Shown: piece after piece, positions 56,464-64,000 of the stretch
How the letters are laid out: the number at the start of each line of letters is the position of its first letter
Numbering within the stretch: the stretch's first letter is position 1
NCBI GenBank assembly: GCA_951406725.2
Contig: OX597815.1
Span: 148,552,001 to 148,616,000, forward strand
DNA: 64,000 nt
Direction: 5' to 3'
Origin: Octopus vulgaris
Taxonomy: Eukaryota
The notes under the pieces: model-generated
Databases searched by the model: none
What the model was told of the DNA's origin: nothing
The model's input: the letters and a program-made list of their open reading frames with translations, nothing else
Program-made: the position numbers and the translations under genes

Positions 56464-56789
56464 ATACATATTATCATAGTACAAGTATTTTCTTATTTTC
56501 CGCAATCTTCCCGTTTCAATAGTTGACTATTTACCGACAGTTCTGTTTCTGCATAATTTTTTTTTTTTTTTTTTGTTATTGACTCTTTTTCGAAATATAT
56601 ATGAAAACTAGTGATACATGGTGTTTTTATTCATTTCTTTCCCATCTGGTTCTCAAGTTATACAGAAACCTCCGTTTTCTCTTTTTGTATTACATAAGTC
56701 AGTGATAAAGTATATTACCAATAAAAAAGGCTATCCTATATTAGCTTAAATATTAAATCTAATAAAATTTTCTTTCTTTTCAGATTTTG

Positions 56790-57688
56790 TATATGTCCAG
56801 AGGTTGCAATAATTCACCAGACATGTTTTGCTATGTTTGCATGCGACTCTCCCTATCAGATTCCCGGAGAAATATTACTCCTTTGTGGAAGCGCTACTAT
56901 TTACCCTATTTTGGCAACAAAGTGGGAAACCAGAACAAGCGACTTAACACTCACAAAGCTTGCAAGAGTTGCATTAGTAAACTCCAAATCAGTTCACAGT
57001 GATATCTGAATCGTATGCTAATTTGGAGTACTAATGGTATGACGGGAGCTGATAAATCCACAAGATCACTACTACTTCCGCATGACTAAACAAGCTGGGT
57101 ATTTCGTTAGCAATAAGGTCGGTTCCACATTCAGATGACATTCCTGTTTCTCTGTCACCAGAAACATGGAAAATTTCACCAAAGGCTGATATTAATAATG
57201 CTAATAAAATGGTAATAGATGCTGAACCACCAACAAATGAGGATCCCATATTTTTCAACGATATTGATCTCACTGACTTGGAGAGAGACCTTAAACTTTT
57301 AAAAGAAAGAGTACAGTTACTTAGCTCTAGACTGAAGTAACACAGTCTCCTAGCTTCTGGAAAAAAACATTCACTTGCTTCCGATATCGTGAAGTGGATT
57401 TCACTGAGTTCTTTAAGAAACAGGATTCTTTAGTTTTTCTGTTCAGATATTTCTGGCGTTATTCGACATATTGGAATGCCATACGAAGCAGATGAATGGA
57501 GGCCGTTCGTTGATTCTTCTAACAGAATTTTAAGTGTTTTCTTCTCTACAATGGTAATTGTACAATGCAATTGTTACAGATGCAGCTGTACCAAATGGCC
57601 ATAGTGTCCAAATGTCAGAAAGGTATAAGAATATGAAGACACTAATATTTTCAATTGAAAGAAAATGCTAATGATAATAATAATAATG

Positions 57689-57746
<58 letters not shown>

Positions 57747-58530
57747 TATCGCTGATGTTTATACTATCGATGGTATTAGTTTTGGTAATAATAATCAGTC
57801 ATGGTAATAGTAGTAATAGTAATTCTATAATAATTCTTTAATAATATAGTAATTCTATAATATATCCCTTTCTAAAATAGGCATGAGGCGTGAAATTTTA
57901 GGGAGGAGTCTAGTCGATTACATCTACCGCAGATTTAAGCAGTTACTTATTTTATCAATCCCCGAGAAAATGAAAAGCAAATTTGACCTCAGCTGAATTT
58001 GAACTCAGAACATTAAGACGGACGAAAGCAGCCCAGTGTACTAATCATTCTGCATGCATGCCGCTTTTGTAGTACCAGTATGGTTTCTAAAATCTGACAC
58101 AAGGCAATCAAGCTTATATCAACCCCAGTCTTGACATTTATTTCATCCACGACAAAACGATGAAAATCGAATTCGATCTCGGCGAAATTTGCCCTAGGAA
58201 CGTAAATTCGAATGAAATACCGCTAAAATTTCCTCCGGCATGTAAAAGCATCTGCATTATTAATAATGATAATATCAGTGCTGATTCAAATTGCATGTCA
58301 TTTTACTAAAAATAGCAGTTGGAATTTTAGCATGAATTGTAAATGGAATATTTCTTTCGAGTATCAGGTGTTTCCAAATATCTGAATGTAGCCAAATCAT
58401 TTACAGATGACTCTGATTGATTAAAATATTACTACGAAAATGTGCTCACAATGTCAACAATGTCTGCCCGTTTATCAGCCGTGATATAATTTGGACGTGA
58501 TGGTCAAAATACTGCTTGTAAGATTCAGTT
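56790..58530 (+). pseudogene. Chapaev3-like (CMC superfamily) transposase relic, interrupted and internally deleted
   Basis: MSRGCNNSPDMFCYVC…YFGNKVGNQNK…HKACKSC, MV*RE, AIRSVPHSDDIPV, DLERDL…LLSSRLK and EWRPFVDSS. It resumes after the SINEs with CKWN and STMSAR/YQ…YCL. A polypyrimidine-AG acceptor lies at 56768-56783. Confidence 0.8.
57866..58255 (-). mobile_element. Two tandem SINE family B copies (57866-58066, 58081-58255)
   Basis: Both contain the gacctc.gc.gaatttg…gaac.t.aa pattern of family B in reverse. Confidence 0.7.
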
Positions 58531-58804
58531 AGCAGCAGCCTATCGGAAGGTTTTTGAAGGAGACATTCAGACATCAATTGTGATGTACATATGTCGGTAA
58601 AAATAGCTGTTATATAAACCAGAAGATTGCATAAAGCATGAGAGTATTTGCTTTATATGTAATACTTTAAAATTGTATACATAAAGAAATGAAACGTGAA
58701 AACCAAACGAGGTCGAAATTGCAATGAGTAATATGTTTATGTCGACATTTATATATATATATAGGTGAGAAAGTTGGTGCGTGAAAGCAGGTGGTTGGAT
58801 ATAT

Positions 58805-59466
58805 AGAAAATAGAAAAGAGTGAAAAAACTACAGAAGGCTTGTTTTATAAGATTAAAGATTATATTTAAGTCGTTATGTTAGAAGAATGTTATAACATTT
58901 TTTCATATAGTAGCACAGTTTTTGAAGAAATTACCGGTTTCATATTAACTTTTCAAATCTCTCAAATGTCTTTACCTACATCGTGTCATGTTTTCGTTAT
59001 GCAGTGCAAAGAAGAGTTCCAGGCAGGGGGAGGTAATAAGCGATTTCTTCCGGTATAAGGGAGATAATCGCTTTATATGTTTCACCTTAATTAATGGGAT
59101 GAGTTTCTCAGTATAAGAATGTTAGAATGGTTAAGTTCAGGCTTATATTTTTCAATGAAAAATGTCTCCTTGTTTAATGTAATTTGTGTTGGCGTTCCAA
59201 TGGCACATTGATAGAATGGAAAGATTAAAAATTGTGGTAGTAGTTGCATTGCGCATTTCTCAATATGCTCACTAAATGGTATCATTCTGTATTCTGTAGG
59301 TAAAGAAATTTGAGAAATTTGAAAAGTTAATACCAAACCGGTAATTTCTTCCAAAACTATGTTACTATATGAAAAACATTTATAACATTCTTCTAACATA
59401 ACGACTTAAATATATTCTTTAACCTTATAAAACAAGCCTTCTGTAGGTTTTCATTCTTTTCTATTT

Positions 59467-59469
<3 letters not shown>
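58805..59469 (-). mobile_element. 5'-truncated Penelope-like element with inverted terminal repeat
   Basis: ~175-bp inverted arms at 58805-58980 and 59295-59469. Between them the minus frame gives EYRMIPFSEHIEKC…IFPFYQC…ETFFIEKYKPELN (endonuclease C-terminus). The arms carry a hammerhead. Confidence 0.85.
58927..58961 (-). ncRNA. Minimal type-I hammerhead ribozyme, U3:A8 core variant
   Basis: GAGAT|TTGAAAA|GT-TAAT-AT|GAA|ACCGGT|A|ATTTC, with a second copy at 59314-59348 (+) carrying G12>C. Confidence 0.7.
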
Positions 59470-59554
<85 letters not shown>

Positions 59555-60001
59555 CATATTAATACATGATAATTGGCACAAATCAACTTTTATTCATGGA
59601 TTTTAGCTCTATCTTTTCCTTAAATATTGATAAGCTTCCGTTTATTCTTGTCACTGCCTATAATTTATGAGCATTAACACTAATGTTGATGAGCACATAT
59701 AGGTAATGCATTATATCCCTTGGAACTGCAAAGCGTTATGCACTGATATTGTGACCGCCACTCACGGATTTTCTAAGGTAAACACATAACGGAAATATAT
59801 AGGAGTTGGAAACCCGAAACAATAAGCAGAAAAATCGTATTTGATGGAAGTAAACGAGCATAAAAAGCTCCACACATAAATTGCTGACGAGGATATCGTT
59901 TTCTATTTTACAACCATAATATACTACCAAATAAATTGAAGGCTTGTTATATAATTACACTTTTTACATATACACACATACTTATATATACATATATGCA
60001 T

Positions 60002-60660
60002 AGGGAGAATTCACACAAAAAAACAACAAACGTCGAAGACAGGTGGTGTACACAGCAAACAGATGTATTAGTTTAACATTCGGGAAGGGAAACATTCCTT
60101 AACGTTTCGAGCCTAAGCTCTTCTACAGACAGGAACACAGAAAGAAACAAGGAGGAGAATAAAGAATGTGTAATGGCTAACGATCTATCATGGCGAAAGC
60201 CGGACAGAAGGATCACACAGGAGAGCAAGGAAGAAGTGGAGATAATAATTAGTGGAGATTCCAAAAACGAAGGTGCATGTGTATAAGAGAGTATGTATGT
60301 GCATGAGGAAGAGGGCTGGTAAGTTTGACTTGCGTGTGTCTGTATGTGTAAGGATGTAGGACTCAGAAAAGGTGAGTGTTAATGTGTGCTTGAAGGTGTG
60401 ATGTGGTGTTGTGTGATATGTTGATGTATGATGTAGTGGTGTGTAGTGTGCTGTGATGGTGTTGGGAGTTGGCGAAGGAGAGAGTGGGTCGCGGGTTAGG
60501 ATTAGGCCCCTGTGCAAGGACAATCCGAACACACACAGGTGTTGCAAAGAGTGACCGGTAGAGCGGAAATGGCGTGAGACCGGGGTGTCAATTGGAGTCG
60601 GATTCTCGGAGGTGCTGCACGAAACGGTCAGCTAAGCGGCGTCCCGTTTGCCTGATGTAT
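60002..60660 (-). mobile_element. Penelope-like element 3' fragment (GIY-YIG endonuclease remnant plus terminal repeat)
   Basis: YIRQTGRRLADRFVQHLR…PVSRHFRSTGHS on the minus strand at 60660-60540, and CTGTAGA-A-GAGC-TTAG-GCTC-GAAACGT at ~60128-60102. Confidence 0.85.
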
Positions 60661-60691
60661 AGAGAAGGGCAGAGAGAGCATCTATCTATCA

Positions 60692-60747
<56 letters not shown>

Positions 60748-60771
60748 GTCTGTCTATCTATCCATCTATTT

Positions 60772-60843
<72 letters not shown>

Positions 60844-61532
60844 GGAAAAAAAATGTCTTTTATTTCTTTATTATTATTATTAGCGTTTTCGTTGCTTTCT
60901 AGAACTTGTCAAATAAAATTTTTGTGAATGTACAAACAGCATGTTCATTAATATAAAACAGACTTGTTTGGTGGGGTGGTGTTCGGAAGAGAACATTGTT
61001 TTTTTGTTTTGCTTTCGTGAGACACGTTCCAAAACAATGGAGATGGATAAATAGAAATAGAGGTTGGTAGGTTGGCTGATATATAGAAAGATAGATAAAT
61101 AGATAAATAGTAAGACAGATACAGAGATTGGTAGAGGGCAATAGAGAGAGAATGGGCATCCACCTTCCTATTCAACATTCGTTCATTTATTTATTTATTT
61201 ACTTAGTCCTATGCCATTTTATTGGAATGGGTTTAATGATGGAAATCTCTTCAAAGATTAAATCAGAATATAAATAAAAATATGAAACAGGTGTGGTTTA
61301 GTTATCACTGAAAATCATTTTGCTTTCTTTCTTTCCCCCCTTTCCCTTCTTTCCTTTTTCCTTCCTTTATTCCTTTTTCTCCTCTTTGAGTTATATGTAG
61401 AATATACCATTTCCAAACACTAATTTTTGCAGGGAATTTTTTGATAGTGTCGTTCTGCATGAAAATACATTAGTATAATATTTGCAAATTAACAATTTAA
61501 CAAATTAACAAATTGCAAATTAACAATAAAAC

Positions 61533-61659
<127 letters not shown>

Positions 61660-61851
61660 AGTACAAAGTGAGATAGGGGTTATGAGTGTAACCCACTATG
61701 GGATATCATTTATCCAATATACTGCTAGTGAAGTACCCAAAAGGCTAATACGTATTTCGATGTTCCTATTTAGTTAGTTAATAAATTATATGAATTGGTA
61801 TTATCTGTAAGTTGATGATTGTAACGAATCTATTCCTCCATTTTCTTATTT

Positions 61852-61950
<99 letters not shown>

Positions 61951-61955
61951 ATACG

Positions 61956-62233
61956 TTCAATGGAACAGCCTGCTCATGAAATTAACGTGCAAGTGACTGA
62001 GCAATCCACAGACACGCGTACCCCTAACGTAGTTCTCACCGGAATTCAGCGTTACACAAAATGTGACAAGGCCGGCTCTTTGAAATACAGGTACAACTAA
62101 TTTTTTCCAGGTGCGTGGACTGGAGCAACGTGAAATAAAGTGTCTTGCTCAAGAACACAACGCGTCGCCGGGAATCGAACGCACGACCTTACAATCGTGA
62201 ACCGAATGCCCTAAACACTAAGCCACGCGCCTT
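61956..62233 (-). mobile_element. tRNA-derived SINE, family C-related
   Basis: Minus head GGCGCGTGGCTTAGTG…GTTCGATTCCC, with a body like 41095-41230. Confidence 0.8.
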
Positions 62234-62584
62234 CATAAATATATCTAATTTTTCTTGTGTGTTTAATAGTGTTGTTGGAATAAAAGGTATTTTTTATCGA
62301 CCGTTTAATATTATTGCTACGTTTACATATTCGATTAGTCAGAGCGAAAATGATGTTAGTATTTCGAATACACAAGAAAGGACAGGCTTTCACAGAAAGT
62401 TGTAGGTATTTATGTTTCAAAGTTTTTGAACAAGATCCTTTGTGTGTTCGGCCAGAGTAAATTGTAGATATGCAAGATTATCAACTCGTTTCGAACGAAA
62501 TTTTAAATACTCACAAGAAACTGTAGATATTCTAGTTTTTTTTAGTCATTTTTCAGTTGTTCTACTTGGTTGTAGTAGTCCTTC

Positions 62585-62616
<32 letters not shown>

Positions 62617-62618
<2 letters not shown>

Positions 62619-63600
62619 TGAATTTCTGCCATTTTGGGGTTTCCCGGTATCTGAGTTAGGTAGCAATCAGCCCCTTTTGCTATCATTCCCAGGGCACCTA
62701 TGACAACAGGTATTGTTTTAGTCTTCAGCTTCCGCATTTTGCTGATTTCTACTGCAAGATATTTATATTTGCTCAGTTTTTGGTAGGTCTTGACAGATAT
62801 GTTTATATCGATTGGGACAGTCATATCAATGAGGAGGCATGTTCTTTGTCTGAAGTCTTTCAATATGATGTCTGACCTATTTGGTCATTTTCAAGCACTG
62901 GAGGTGGTTTGTGTTCACACCAGTTTTTTTTCATGGGGCAAATCCAGGTTTTTGCAAATTACGCAGTGAATATATTGTGCAGCTCTATCATGCCTGTTGA
63001 GATACTCTGTAGGCGCTAGAAGACTGCACTTGGAGACAACATGATCAATGGTTTCATTTTGTTGTTGACATACACAACATGTTGGGCTACTGCCCTTCTT
63101 TAATGTTTTGGCCAGTAGTTCCTTGTTGGTAGGCTTTGATCTTGAGCTGCTATGATAAACCCTTATTATTATTATTAGTTTTATTATTATTATTTTATTA
63201 TTATTATTACTATTACTACTATTATTATTATTGTTGTTGTTGTTGTTGTTATTATTATTATTATCATTATTATTATTATTATTATTTTTCGTTGGCCTAC
63301 TTAATGCAAAATAATAAGCGTATATTACTCCTTTATATTCTTCCCGGTTCCATTTAGTTCTTTTATATTTTTGCTTTTGTGATAGTTGTGTCGTTGTGGT
63401 GGTGGACTTTGGGGGCTTAATTTCGGGCAAATCCCGTTTAAGTGACCTTCCAGGTCCATATACGGGGAAGATAATCTGCCATTTGAAAGTGTTTCTCCGT
63501 AAGGCTGACAGCCTCCTGCGAGGCGCACTTCCAGAATAACCATTGAACAATCGATTCGGTGTACTGTTTGAAATGTTCTTTCCTTTTTATTTAAAGTTAG
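62617..63600 (-). mobile_element. R4/Dong-like remnants: N-terminal stub, (AAT)n, then CCHC/RLE segment
   Basis: KRTKWNREEYKGVIYAYY, then a microsatellite, then ETIDHVVSKC…EYLNRHD and DIILKD…LLIDMTVP…QKLSKY…IPVVIGALG. No RT domain. Confidence 0.88.
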
Positions 63601-63697
63601 ATTATTATTAAATTTTCATTTTTTAAATATTCTTGATTTTTTTTATTTACTACTACTTCTACTACTACTACTACTACTACTGCTGCTGCTGCTGATG

Positions 63698-63778
<81 letters not shown>

Positions 63779-64000
63779 TTACTACTACTACTATTTATTT
63801 TTAATATGCACGTGTGTTATGCTCACTCACCGAGACACCCATTGTTCTACAGAAAGTGAAGAATAGAAGATGTTAAAGTGTGACTGAAAGCTTGGGGAGG
63901 GGAATTGGCAGGAGCAGTAGTGAAATATCTTCATGTAACACACGATACATTTAAATAGGTAGGATTTTCCTAAGGATGTTGGCAGTATTTGTCAGCACCA

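Overview
This is an AT-rich, microsatellite-dense animal (non-bacterial) window. The SINE and LINE content looks cephalopod-like, probably Octopus; that is inference from recognised repeat types, not a database result. I find no convincing host protein-coding gene, tRNA, rRNA or CRISPR, and most listed ORFs are microsatellite artefacts. The window is mainly transposon debris. It holds three R4/Dong-type retrotransposons (reverse transcriptase plus restriction-like endonuclease, RLE) at (AAT)n tracts, including a near full-length copy at 5.0-8.6 kb whose nuclease is deleted, and a fourth RLE element embedded in (TACA)n. It also holds RTE and CR1-like LINE 3' fragments, Tc1/mariner relics, a Chapaev3-like transposase pseudogene, a probable Helitron, three tRNA-headed SINE families and many Penelope-like element (PLE) termini. 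Three signals stand out. (1) A non-coding ~560-bp (AAT)n-tailed element is stacked in tandem next to Dong, and its first ~20 nt are reiterated ten times with a fixed start and ragged ends. (2) Complete minimal type-I hammerhead folds sit in PLE fold-back structures and carry compensatory core variants (G3:C8 and U3:A8 instead of C3:G8). (3) A mariner-type MITE is interrupted by a copy of sequence lying 1.1 kb upstream. Coordinates of degenerate repeats are approximate and were read by eye.
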